A stretch of DNA of 64,000 nucleotides from Parachlamydiales bacterium (GTDB lineage Bacteria; Chlamydiota; Chlamydiia; Chlamydiales; Rhabdochlamydiaceae), in the NCBI GenBank assembly GCA_963705295.1, contig OY970065.1, positions 256,001 through 320,000 on the forward strand, in the 5' to 3' direction. This document shows, piece by piece, positions 28,275 through 36,861 of the stretch. Position 1 is the stretch's first letter, and every line of letters starts with the position of its first letter. The position numbers and the translations under genes are program-made. The notes under the pieces were generated by a model. The model was not told the origin of the DNA. It saw only the letters and a program-made list of their open reading frames with translations, and did no database searches.

Positions 28275-29516
28275 TTAATCGTTAACTTTAAAAAGGTTCA
28301 GGTTAAAAATACCCCTAGGACTGCCTGAATCCGTTGCAACTGGATCACCTCCGCAGACCATGTATTTTCCATTTTTACTAAACAATACAAAAAAGCTCTC
28401 GGATGGTACTGTCAAAGCTCCATCTCGACATTTAAAATTATTATGATCATCCGTTTTTAAGAAGGTCAGATTAAAAGTATTAGAAGGGATTCCACTACCT
28501 CTAACTTCGTTTGCTTTACTGATTCCGATAGTTTTTCGATCTTTATAAAAATTTGAAACAATAAACGAACTGTCTGTTTTTGTAGTTGCAATCAAACGGA
28601 GAGATTCTCCATTGAATCGATATTCTCGAATATTTTGATCATCCCCAGGGATGAAAGTCATAGCTCCAGTGGTATCTTGAAAGATAGAAACCTGTCTAGA
28701 TTCCAGGGCCAGAGTTGTCCCAGCGGCAATACGGGGATTCTTAGTATTGTGATTATCTGCAAAATAAGTCACGGGGAATTGAGGTAATTCCGCTTGATCT
28801 ACCAAATTGAGTTTATTATTTGAAACTTTGTAGGCTTGAAGAAAGGCTGGGGCGGTAAAGTTGCTGGTTGTAAGATCAAATCCAGAAAATCCAAAAAGAA
28901 AATAATTCGCCATTTCCCCATTTTGGTTTAAAACAAAAGATTGAGGACCATTGGATAACCCTTTAATGTTAAATTTATGCAATGTTTTAAGGTCCGAATT
29001 CAATAGTTTGATAGAGGATACAAGCGTAGTGTTTGTAGATTTATTATTCGTATAGTTCACCATAATGAACTTACCATCGCCTGTGATATTTCCATTCAGC
29101 GCAACTGCTATGGCATCATTATAGATAACTTTTTTAACAACTTTGAAAGTATTTCCCACTAGTTTTAAAAGACGAATGCGAACCTTATTTTTCCCATTAT
29201 CATCAATCACTCCGAATGTCTCAAAATTATCATCGACAAAGCAATCATCCACATCTCCATTAAAGGCAAAATCATCCAAAGGTAAAGTGGCTTTTCTTAC
29301 CAACTTACCATCCACATTTTCAAACAGTTCAAGCTCGGGAATCTTCTGATTTGCAGCACCAAAATTAAGAGCTAAAATCAGTTTCCCATCATCCGAAATG
29401 GCTTTGACAGTAATACCCGCATTTCGAAAGATCGCATCACTCAATGTCACATTGAAATCAGCAAGCAATGAGCTCCAAGCAAAAATAAGTGCAATTACAT
29501 TTAAAAAAAATTTCAT
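28275..29516 (-). CDS. Secreted hypothetical protein, probably beta-rich/propeller
   Basis: Signal peptide MKFFLNVIALIFAWSSLLA; recurring 'ISDDGKLI / ITGDGKFI / FSKNGKYM' blade motifs; AT-rich. Confidence 0.7.
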   Translation of the reverse strand: MKFFLNVIALIFAWSSLLADFNVTLSDAIFRNAGITVKAISDDGKLILALNFGAANQKIPELELFENVDGKLVRKATLPLDDFAFNGDVDDCFVDDNFETFGVIDDNGKNKVRIRLLKLVGNTFKVVKKVIYNDAIAVALNGNITGDGKFIMVNYTNNKSTNTTLVSSIKLLNSDLKTLHKFNIKGLSNGPQSFVLNQNGEMANYFLFGFSGFDLTTSNFTAPAFLQAYKVSNNKLNLVDQAELPQFPVTYFADNHNTKNPRIAAGTTLALESRQVSIFQDTTGAMTFIPGDDQNIREYRFNGESLRLIATTKTDSSFIVSNFYKDRKTIGISKANEVRGSGIPSNTFNLTFLKTDDHNNFKCRDGALTVPSESFFVLFSKNGKYMVCGGDPVATDSGSPRGIFNLNLFKVND

Positions 29517-29525
29517 GATTTCTCC

Positions 29526-31388
29526 TTATTCACGATTGAGTTCTTCTTTGGTTAATATGGCCATAAATGTATTGACATTCGCTTGATCTTTTTGCCCCCG
29601 AGCATCGAACCAGCTAAAGAGCATATTTCCCGTGAACGGATCACGAGACATATTAAATTCTCCTCTGGCCTGTAGATGTGTGTTGGCAATAGGTCTTGGG
29701 GTGCTCCAAGTCAAGCCATCATCATCTGTGTGCAAAAGACTTAGAGTCATGTTACCCGAAAAATCAGGTTGCATATCGACAACACCGACATAGAGACGAT
29801 TCTTTTCCGGATCATAAGTAATCCCATAAGCGTAAGGGTTGATATTGCGCCTAGGTTGAAAAGGAATAATCGTATCGGTTTTGCCAACATTAGAAAAAGC
29901 GACATCCCGAAATCCACTGAATGAATCGGGTCCTAGATTGACGATTCCCGTTGGATTTACTAAAAGATGTAAGTGATTACCATTAAAAGGTGAATCGAAG
30001 GAATAACCTAACAAATAAACTTTTCCATCGGGTGTTACCGTAATTTCCGGTTCTTCTGTACTTGGGAATGGTAGAAATTTAGCAGAAGCAACAGGCTGAT
30101 GAACGACTTTGCCATATTTCCCTTTTCCTGTGACAGGAATATAGCTGATATAGAGTTGCGATCCATATCCATAGGGGCTTGAGGGGTCATCAAAGTAATG
30201 AGTAAACGATACCCACAAAGCTCTTCCACCTTGACCATCACCTCCAAAACAACCTCGAGGATAATCGAAATAATTATATGTGAAATTTGGATGAGAAGGA
30301 ACATTAATATTGCCGACCTTTTTAAAGGTTAAACCTCCATCCGTGCTGACGGCGTAAACGATGTTAATGGGGTTACCTAGATTATTCAGATTTGTAGAAT
30401 AAATATAGTAAATCCACAAATTGCCAAAATCATCAAAAACAGCTAAAACTCCATCTTCAGGTAGTTTAGGCAGCCCAAATGCTCCATCGATACGGTTAAC
30501 CTCCCAACTCTTTCCACCATCAAAGCTCACTCCTCCGAACATGGGAAAGGCGTCAGCACTACTGGCAGTTGAGGGAGTTGTCCACAATTTCTTCTCGATA
30601 CCCGGGGCGATTGCAAAAAGGTGGTTTGGATTGTTTGGATTAATGACTACAGAACCTTCATAGAAAAAAAAGTTTTCATGAGGCGCTTTAAAAACCGTTA
30701 CTGGATCATTTAATTTCTTAATTTTTCCAGTTTTTGGATCGATCGTTCCTGTTCGAACAATCCAATCCAAATGATTTCTACCATGGGGTGAATTAGCCTT
30801 TGAGTTATCGGGCCAAGGAACCGCGAATCTATTTTTTACAAGGGAATTGTCATAAAATTCATAAAAATCTCCATCAAAATCATTGAGCAAAGTCGCATTC
30901 GATGTTCCTGTCGTAAGACGAATATTTCTCGGTGCTTTGAACTGACTTCTGGGGGTCAATAAATACGTAACGGTCGTAGCATGGACTGTATAGCTGCCTG
31001 CCGGTAGAAATCCTCCTCCAGTATCATAAACAAGAAGTGACCCTGCATTGGTCACATAAAGATCGTATCCCAAACCTGTCTGGTCCGACTTCAGAGAAAA
31101 AGCTTGTGGTACCACATCAGCAGGCCAAAGTCGTCTTGGAAGAAAACCGTCTTGTGTAAAGATATAACCGTCGACAGGAAGAGTAAAATTAAAGGCTGGA
31201 ATATGGAGAGCTACAGTGCGGCCAATCACCTCGATATTCAAAGGAAGTTGAAAAGGCATATTGAGAGATGTATTCGTATTATCAGCGAGGTCAAGAGTGA
31301 TGGTCTCTTTAAAACTCTTTTGCTCAGAAGAATGGCAAACGCCGAAAAGAGCAGCTATGAAAATCAGCAATGCGTAAATTTTAGACAT
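29526..31388 (-). CDS. Secreted BNR/Asp-box (sialidase-like) beta-propeller protein
   Basis: Signal peptide; Asp boxes SFDGGKSW, STDGGLTF, TDDDGLTW; INPNNP. Confidence 0.8.
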   Translation of the reverse strand: MSKIYALLIFIAALFGVCHSSEQKSFKETITLDLADNTNTSLNMPFQLPLNIEVIGRTVALHIPAFNFTLPVDGYIFTQDGFLPRRLWPADVVPQAFSLKSDQTGLGYDLYVTNAGSLLVYDTGGGFLPAGSYTVHATTVTYLLTPRSQFKAPRNIRLTTGTSNATLLNDFDGDFYEFYDNSLVKNRFAVPWPDNSKANSPHGRNHLDWIVRTGTIDPKTGKIKKLNDPVTVFKAPHENFFFYEGSVVINPNNPNHLFAIAPGIEKKLWTTPSTASSADAFPMFGGVSFDGGKSWEVNRIDGAFGLPKLPEDGVLAVFDDFGNLWIYYIYSTNLNNLGNPINIVYAVSTDGGLTFKKVGNINVPSHPNFTYNYFDYPRGCFGGDGQGGRALWVSFTHYFDDPSSPYGYGSQLYISYIPVTGKGKYGKVVHQPVASAKFLPFPSTEEPEITVTPDGKVYLLGYSFDSPFNGNHLHLLVNPTGIVNLGPDSFSGFRDVAFSNVGKTDTIIPFQPRRNINPYAYGITYDPEKNRLYVGVVDMQPDFSGNMTLSLLHTDDDGLTWSTPRPIANTHLQARGEFNMSRDPFTGNMLFSWFDARGQKDQANVNTFMAILTKEELNRE

Positions 31389-31457
31389 GAATAACTCCAA
31401 GATTTAAAAAAAATCGTACGAAAGAAAGTTTTTAAATCAAAGAGTTATTTTTAAGAA

Positions 31458-31610
31458 TTACTCTGCTTTTTCTTCTGGTGTTTCTTCTGGAGCAGGAGCT
31501 TCTGTTGCGACAACAACAGCTTCTTTTTTCTCGGTGTTTTTTTCTTCTTTATCAGAAGCGGCGAGAGATGCCAATCCACAAAGAGCTAATAGGAAAAAAT
31601 TTTTATTCAC
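31458..31610 (-). CDS. 50-aa secreted acidic peptide (not in ORF track)
   Basis: GGAGG-5 nt-GTG; MNKNFFLLALCGLASLAASDKEEKNTEKKEAVVVATEAPAPEETPEEKAE*; promoter upstream. Confidence 0.75.
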   Translation of the reverse strand: MNKNFFLLALCGLASLAASDKEEKNTEKKEAVVVATEAPAPEETPEEKAE

Positions 31611-31641
31611 AAGTTCCTCCATTTTGGTTAAGAACTGATGA

Positions 31642-31670
31642 AATTTATATTAAGAAATGCTTTTTGTCAA
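31642..31670 (-). promoter_or_regulatory. Candidate sigma66/70 promoter for the 50-aa gene
   Basis: TTGACA-17 nt-TAAATT on the minus strand. Confidence 0.6.
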
Positions 31671-32554
31671 TCATTCTCTAGGGCTGGAAGGACGGTGACA
31701 AACGAGATGGTATTAAAATTTTCTATAAAAGAGGTGAGATCGACCTCATAACTCGATGCTCCTTCTTTTAAGGGGTGTACCTTTGTGACCTTACCGACTC
31801 CCAGTCCACCAGGAAAAACACCATCGAGGCCGGTCGTTATGAGGGTATCGCCTTCTGAAATGATTTGGTCCGATCTCAAATCACGACTCGGTCCTTCTTC
31901 GTCTTCAAAATCGTAATTAAAACCGACCCCTTGTAGAAGCATCGATCGGGCTCGAAATCCCGATTTTCTTATCCCTTTAAGTTCCCCTTTTCCCCTATAT
32001 TGATTGTTTCTAAGCGCTCGGATGGAGGGTGAAACCGTGCTATCTGTGATCAAGCGGACCCGCGACCGATTGTTCCCAACATATTCGACAACACCGACGA
32101 CCGTTGTCCCTAAAACGACAGGGCTATTTTTTGAGACGAGATTCTTTCCCAATCTTTGATTGGTTTTTTCGCCGACATCGATCCAAAACGAGCTATTCCA
32201 CGATGTGTATTCTCTAAAAATAACTTTGGAGACAATCGAGCTCGAATAAAGTTCGATCACACGGAGAAGCTCATCTTTTCTTTTCTTGCAAAAATCGTGT
32301 TTTAAAAGTTGAATCTCGTCGTTGAGAATTTTTTCCACATCAATCTGAGCTTTAAGAATCTCCATCTGGCAATGCAAACTATGATTCTCGGTCCGTAAAA
32401 CTTCTATTTCCTTCTGGATTTGTGGAATTTTAGATCGGGGAAAAACAGAAAAAATGGCAGCCATCCCTGATCTAAACTTATTGGATATAGCTAGAGGAAG
32501 ACTCAAGGCGCATAAAACTAATGCTGCGATTAAAATATAGGTTGTTTTTTTCAT
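31667..32554 (-). CDS. mreC: Rod shape-determining protein
   Basis: TM plus coiled coil (LRTENHSL), FWIDVG, VVGVVEYVG...SRVRLITD, GDTLITTGLDGVFPGGL.VG.V. Confidence 0.9.
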   Translation of the reverse strand: MKKTTYILIAALVLCALSLPLAISNKFRSGMAAIFSVFPRSKIPQIQKEIEVLRTENHSLHCQMEILKAQIDVEKILNDEIQLLKHDFCKKRKDELLRVIELYSSSIVSKVIFREYTSWNSSFWIDVGEKTNQRLGKNLVSKNSPVVLGTTVVGVVEYVGNNRSRVRLITDSTVSPSIRALRNNQYRGKGELKGIRKSGFRARSMLLQGVGFNYDFEDEEGPSRDLRSDQIISEGDTLITTGLDGVFPGGLGVGKVTKVHPLKEGASSYEVDLTSFIENFNTISFVTVLPALEND

Positions 32555-33732
32555 ATTGATGTCAGGGCTTCAACGACGATCGGAAGATTGTGTTCGTTTA
32601 AACCTGCAATATTCATCCGACCATCGGATGTCATATAAATTCCGTATTCTTTTTGGAGTCTTTCGACCTGATCTCTTTTTAATCCTGTAAAGCAGAACAT
32701 TCCTGTACGCTTCTCAAGATATCGGTAATTCTGCGGGAGTGCATCGACAAAAAGATGTCGAAATTTTTCAATTCTCTCTCGCATGGTTCTCACTTCTTCT
32801 TCCCATTTTTGGGCCAAAGCAGGGGTTGATAGAATGTGTGCGACAATTGATGCCCCATGTCTCGGAGGGTTCGAATAGTGTGTCCGACATAACACTTTCA
32901 ACTTCGAGAGGACAGCCTCGGCAGTTTCCGGAGATTCCGTTACAATGTACAGCGCGCCGACTCTTTCTGAATAGAGACCAAAATTCTTCGATTGCGAACT
33001 GGCGACAACCATTTCCATCCCTTCACTTGCAAAAAGCCGGATGGGGCTTGCATCTTCGTCAAGATTTTTTCCAAATCCTTGATACGCGAAATCAAAGAAA
33101 GGAAGAATCCCGTTCTTTTGAAACAGGCTGAGCAAACTTTTCCACTCTTCATGAGAAAAATCAGCCCCCGTAGGATTGTGACAACACGGTTGAAGAACGA
33201 CGATACTTCCCGGTGTTAATTTCTTTAAAAAAGCAAAAGCTCTATCAAACTCCAAAGTTTGCCGATTTAAGTCGTAATATGGATAGTGAGAGATCTCCAT
33301 TCCGCACCGTGTAAAAACACCTTGATGATTGGGCCATGTTGGATCCGAGATCGAAATCTTTTCTCCCACTTCTTGCTTGAGAAAATCACCCCCGATCCTC
33401 AGCGCTCCTGTTCCGCCCAGAGTTTGGATGCCGCAAATCCGGTTTTTCTCCCTCGTCCAAAAAAAGTCACCAAATACAACAGCTCCTATCTCATTGACAA
33501 ATATAGGATCCCCGGAAATCGGCAAATATTCCTTCGTTTTTTCCTCTCTAAGTAAAAATTTCTCAGCTTCCTTCACCGATTCCAATACCGGTGTCAGCAG
33601 ACGATCATCCCGATAAAGCCCTACACTCAAATTAATTTTATCTGCCCTAGGATCCGCATTGAAAGCCGCCGTCAACCCAAAGATCGGATCGACCGGTGCC
33701 GGATTCACATGGTGAAAAAAAAGTTTAGTCAT
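32551..33732 (-). CDS. aspC: Aspartate/aromatic amino acid aminotransferase
   Basis: PVDPIFGL, KINLSVGLY, QTLGGTGAL, CCHNPTG, FDFAYQGF, SQSKNFGLYSERVG. Confidence 0.93.
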   Translation of the reverse strand: MTKLFFHHVNPAPVDPIFGLTAAFNADPRADKINLSVGLYRDDRLLTPVLESVKEAEKFLLREEKTKEYLPISGDPIFVNEIGAVVFGDFFWTREKNRICGIQTLGGTGALRIGGDFLKQEVGEKISISDPTWPNHQGVFTRCGMEISHYPYYDLNRQTLEFDRAFAFLKKLTPGSIVVLQPCCHNPTGADFSHEEWKSLLSLFQKNGILPFFDFAYQGFGKNLDEDASPIRLFASEGMEMVVASSQSKNFGLYSERVGALYIVTESPETAEAVLSKLKVLCRTHYSNPPRHGASIVAHILSTPALAQKWEEEVRTMRERIEKFRHLFVDALPQNYRYLEKRTGMFCFTGLKRDQVERLQKEYGIYMTSDGRMNIAGLNEHNLPIVVEALTSI

Positions 33733-33771
33733 TTTTCATGAATGATATTGGATTTTTCTTTCGAAGACAAC

Positions 33772-33800
33772 TTGAAATGGGCAAAACCTCCCTGTATACT
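33772..33800 (+). promoter_or_regulatory. tRNA promoter
   Basis: TTGAAA-17 nt-TATACT, 10 nt before the tRNA. Confidence 0.75.
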
Positions 33801-33810
33801 ATCTCCATTC

Positions 33811-33883
33811 GGGGCGTTAGCTCAGTTGGTAGAGCGCAACAATGGCATTGTTGAGGTCAGCGGTTCGATCCCGCTACGCTCCA
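33811..33883 (+). tRNA. tRNA-Ala(GGC)
   Basis: GGGGCGT acceptor pairs with ACGCTCC (G3:U70); D arm GCTC/GAGC; anticodon stem CAACA/TGTTG with loop ATGGCAT; T loop TTCGATC; discriminator A; CCA not encoded. Confidence 0.97.
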
Positions 33884-33886
33884 TAA

Positions 33887-35308
33887 TCATTTAAGGAATT
33901 CTGTAAAATCAATAATTTGAGAAAAAAACTCCGTCTCAATGACACTCCGTTTAACGCCGTTGACGTGGATTAAAACAGGTCTACAAGAAAATCCTCGAGG
34001 ACGGTCTAGATTTTTTATCTTCTCTTCCACTTCTTGTATAATGTCCTCTTTAATTTCATCTTGTTCAAATTTAACTTCGCAAACATAGAGTTGATGATAC
34101 TTTGTCTGTATCATCAGATCGATTTGACATTTTTTGCGTAGGGTTGTTTTTGTTTGGAAATAAGGGCCTGCTGTAACAATTTCATGAGATGGAATTTTCA
34201 GAAGCTCGATGATCCTATTCAGATTGTTGAGGATAAGATTTTCAAACTGAAGCCCCATGATGGAAAGCCATGAAATAGGCATTGTCTTCAATGTTCCTTT
34301 ACTGATAGCTAACTTCTTAGGTTCGATATATCGTAAGTAAAATCGAATATAATTATCCCGAATCCTGATTTGGCTTAATTTAGATGGCATCCCATCATGG
34401 ATCCGCCATGTGTAATCCCGTGCTAAAAAACCAGTTTCTTCCAATTCCTGAATAGCTTCGGAAATATCTCCACCTTTAATACGTCCAAGGCGCCGCGTCA
34501 ATTTTTCTAAGGTGCTCGGCCCATTCGATAGGCATTTCATAATTTCGCGGTATTTCGCATGTCTACCGTTAAATAGATCTGTAAAGATATTATCAAATTC
34601 ATAAAAGAGAATCCCTTTCTTGACAAAACAGAGACGAAAGATATTTTGTTCGGCAGTTTTTTCAGGTAAAATTTCTTCGAGGTATCGAGGAATACCTCCT
34701 GTAACACCCAAAACTTTAAATTTTTCATAAGAGGAAATAAGGCTTTGTTTTGCCCCCCAAAACTTTACACATTGATTTAAAGGGAGTTCTTCCAAAGTCA
34801 AATGGAGGGAAATACGACCCATAAAGCCCGTACTACTAATAATATTCTTTTCAATCCAACACGAATTTGATCCTGAAATAATCAGGATCAGCTTGGGATT
34901 TTTTTTAAAATAAAGATCCCAAGCAATTTTTAATTTACCCAAGAAGTCGGGATCTTTAGAGCCCATCCAGGTAATTTCATCCAGGACAACAAGAACACGC
35001 CCTCTTTGACAATGTTTGGCTACAAGGGAGAAAAGATCTCCCCAATCATTGACCTGAAAGCTCTCTATTCGATTTTCATGCATTTGCCTACGAAATTCCC
35101 CCCTTTCAGAGTCTGCGGTGGGGTCTTCTATCCGAGGCGGAAGACCTGTAAAAATATAATGTTTAGGAAATGCTTTAGAAAATTCTTCTGCAAGACGTGT
35201 TTTTCCAATCCTTCGCCTTCCTCGTATAACAATAAGGCTGGAAGAGTTTTTATTCAAAAGATCTGAAAGATCTTGCAGCTCCTGTTCTCTACCCCAAAAT
35301 TTTGTCAT
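33887..35308 (-). CDS. AAA+ ATPase (archaeal-ATPase/DUF234-type) with wHTH and PD-(D/E)xK-like C-terminus
   Basis: FWGREQEL, Walker A GRRRIGKT, Walker B LVVLDEI, GGIPRYL, HTH region, QIDLMI..YVCEVKF. AT-rich. Start 35308 or 35317. Confidence 0.88.
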   Translation of the reverse strand: MTKFWGREQELQDLSDLLNKNSSSLIVIRGRRRIGKTRLAEEFSKAFPKHYIFTGLPPRIEDPTADSERGEFRRQMHENRIESFQVNDWGDLFSLVAKHCQRGRVLVVLDEITWMGSKDPDFLGKLKIAWDLYFKKNPKLILIISGSNSCWIEKNIISSTGFMGRISLHLTLEELPLNQCVKFWGAKQSLISSYEKFKVLGVTGGIPRYLEEILPEKTAEQNIFRLCFVKKGILFYEFDNIFTDLFNGRHAKYREIMKCLSNGPSTLEKLTRRLGRIKGGDISEAIQELEETGFLARDYTWRIHDGMPSKLSQIRIRDNYIRFYLRYIEPKKLAISKGTLKTMPISWLSIMGLQFENLILNNLNRIIELLKIPSHEIVTAGPYFQTKTTLRKKCQIDLMIQTKYHQLYVCEVKFEQDEIKEDIIQEVEEKIKNLDRPRGFSCRPVLIHVNGVKRSVIETEFFSQIIDFTEFLK

Positions 35309-35331
35309 GACTTGCATTATATAAAATTGGG

Positions 35332-35419
35332 CACACCAAATCTACAAAAAACAGATTTGGTGTGGGTTGAATAGGATATCGGGAAGCACACCAAATCTGT
35401 TTTTTGTAGATTTGGTGGG
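35332..35419. repeat. Pair of 33-bp palindromic units in inverted orientation
   Basis: CACACCAAATCT-ACAAAAAAC-AGATTTGGTGTG (35332-35364) and CACACCAAATCT-GTTTTTTGT-AGATTTGGTGGG (35387-35419). Unit 2 is the reverse complement of unit 1 at 32/33; spacer 22 bp. Confidence 0.95.
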
Positions 35420-35428
35420 GGCTGCTCT

Positions 35429-36856
35429 CTATTTTAGTGAGATGGGTAATTTTCCTTTGGATGGTTTTTTGCCAAAGAGGATATCGATTGCTGCTTGTTC
35501 ACTATCGGGATCGTTTTCAAAGGCGATGAGGGTTGTGGGGGGTAAGTCGATTTCGAGTAATTTGAAGGGGGAAGTGAAGAGGATGAGTGCGGCGGGCCTT
35601 TCCGTTTTGAGGAAGGTTTTTGCTTCTTCGGTGAGTTCATAGATGGCGATGACGGTTTTGGCATCGACATCATTGGCTGAGGTGTGTTGATGGAAAAGGG
35701 TGGCTAGATTGTTGGAAGAAGAGCCAAATTGTTTGAGAATAAGCGGAGCCCCGTCTTGGAGAGGTTTGCCGGTGACGAGTGTGACAGCATTTTCGAAGAG
35801 GAGTTTTTTGAGTTGTTGGGCTTTTTGGGTTGTCAGGGGTGTTGAAGGAGGGAGGGTGCTCGGAAGGGTTTGCTTAAAAGCAAGAATTCTCGCGACGTGG
35901 GTGTCGAGGTCTTTTTCATCGATTTCTTTATTTTCAATCGCCTGTTTAATTTCTGCAATCGCAATGGGAACATCGGTTCGAAGGATGCGATCGACATGAT
36001 CGGGTCTATGATCTCCATAGACGAGGAGGTCGTGTCCGGCTTGGAGGGCCTTAGGGGCAATTTTATCATGTTTGGAGAGGGCGCCCATATTCAAAGCATC
36101 GGAGATGATCAACCCTTCAAATTTGAGTTCGTCGCGCAATTTTTTCTCGACGATGTCGCGTGAGAAGGTGACAATTTCACCTGTAGGCCGATAAAAAAGG
36201 TGAGCGGTCATGATCCCCTTGACATGAGCTTGGATGGCTTGTTTAAAAGGCTCTAACTGCATGGTTTCGACAATCGGAAGATCGACATGAGAATCGACAG
36301 AAGTATTTCCATGATCGGGATAATGTTTTGCGCAGGCTCCCACATTTTCAGCTTGGACAGCGGAAATGACAACCTTTAATCTTTCCGAGACTGCATACGG
36401 ATTTTCACCGAAAGAACGCATGCCAATCACGGGATTGCGGGGATTAGTGTTGACATCGGCTACAGGGCCCAGTTTGAGATGAATGCCGATCTGCTTGCAC
36501 TCCCACCCCACTTGATGCCCAAATTGATCGAGAAGACTCAAATCTTGGATTGCACCGAGCGTGAGATTTCTAGGAAAGCGGACCGCATCTTTCACCCGCA
36601 TGCTAACTCCCCACTCAGCGTCGCCTACATGGAGAAGGGGTATCGGAGAAGAAAGTTTTTCATAAAGTTCTCGATAAGAAGCTTGTGTCCCTTGTTTCAG
36701 GATGATTCCACCGATATGGTACTTCTCGATCAACCGTTTTAGATCGGCGAGATGGTCGTCTCCCCGTTCGGGACAAGCAGGAACAATAAAGAGCTGCCCA
36801 ATTTTTTCATCTAAGGTCATCGAAAGGAGTGTCGAAGCGATTAAGAAGGGCAACAT
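35429..36856 (-). CDS. GH3 beta-N-acetylhexosaminidase (NagZ-like)
   Basis: MTLDEKIGQLF, DAEWG, PVADVN.NP.NPVIG.RSFGE, KHYPDHG....DSH (G>D variant of KHFPGHG), IISDALNM. Confidence 0.88.
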   Translation of the reverse strand: MLPFLIASTLLSMTLDEKIGQLFIVPACPERGDDHLADLKRLIEKYHIGGIILKQGTQASYRELYEKLSSPIPLLHVGDAEWGVSMRVKDAVRFPRNLTLGAIQDLSLLDQFGHQVGWECKQIGIHLKLGPVADVNTNPRNPVIGMRSFGENPYAVSERLKVVISAVQAENVGACAKHYPDHGNTSVDSHVDLPIVETMQLEPFKQAIQAHVKGIMTAHLFYRPTGEIVTFSRDIVEKKLRDELKFEGLIISDALNMGALSKHDKIAPKALQAGHDLLVYGDHRPDHVDRILRTDVPIAIAEIKQAIENKEIDEKDLDTHVARILAFKQTLPSTLPPSTPLTTQKAQQLKKLLFENAVTLVTGKPLQDGAPLILKQFGSSSNNLATLFHQHTSANDVDAKTVIAIYELTEEAKTFLKTERPAALILFTSPFKLLEIDLPPTTLIAFENDPDSEQAAIDILFGKKPSKGKLPISLK

Positions 36857-36861
36857 AAGAA

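Noticed and set aside
28247..28277. TTGACA between convergent genes as an antisense promoter
   Set aside because: No acceptable -10 hexamer at 16-18 bp spacing.
31478..31681. 67-aa plus-strand ORF
   Set aside because: Shadow of the 50-aa minus-strand gene, which has an SD, promoter and signal peptide.
35332..35419. Possible mini-CRISPR or IS ends
   Set aside because: Only two units, inverted, with no cas or transposase gene and no target-site duplication seen.
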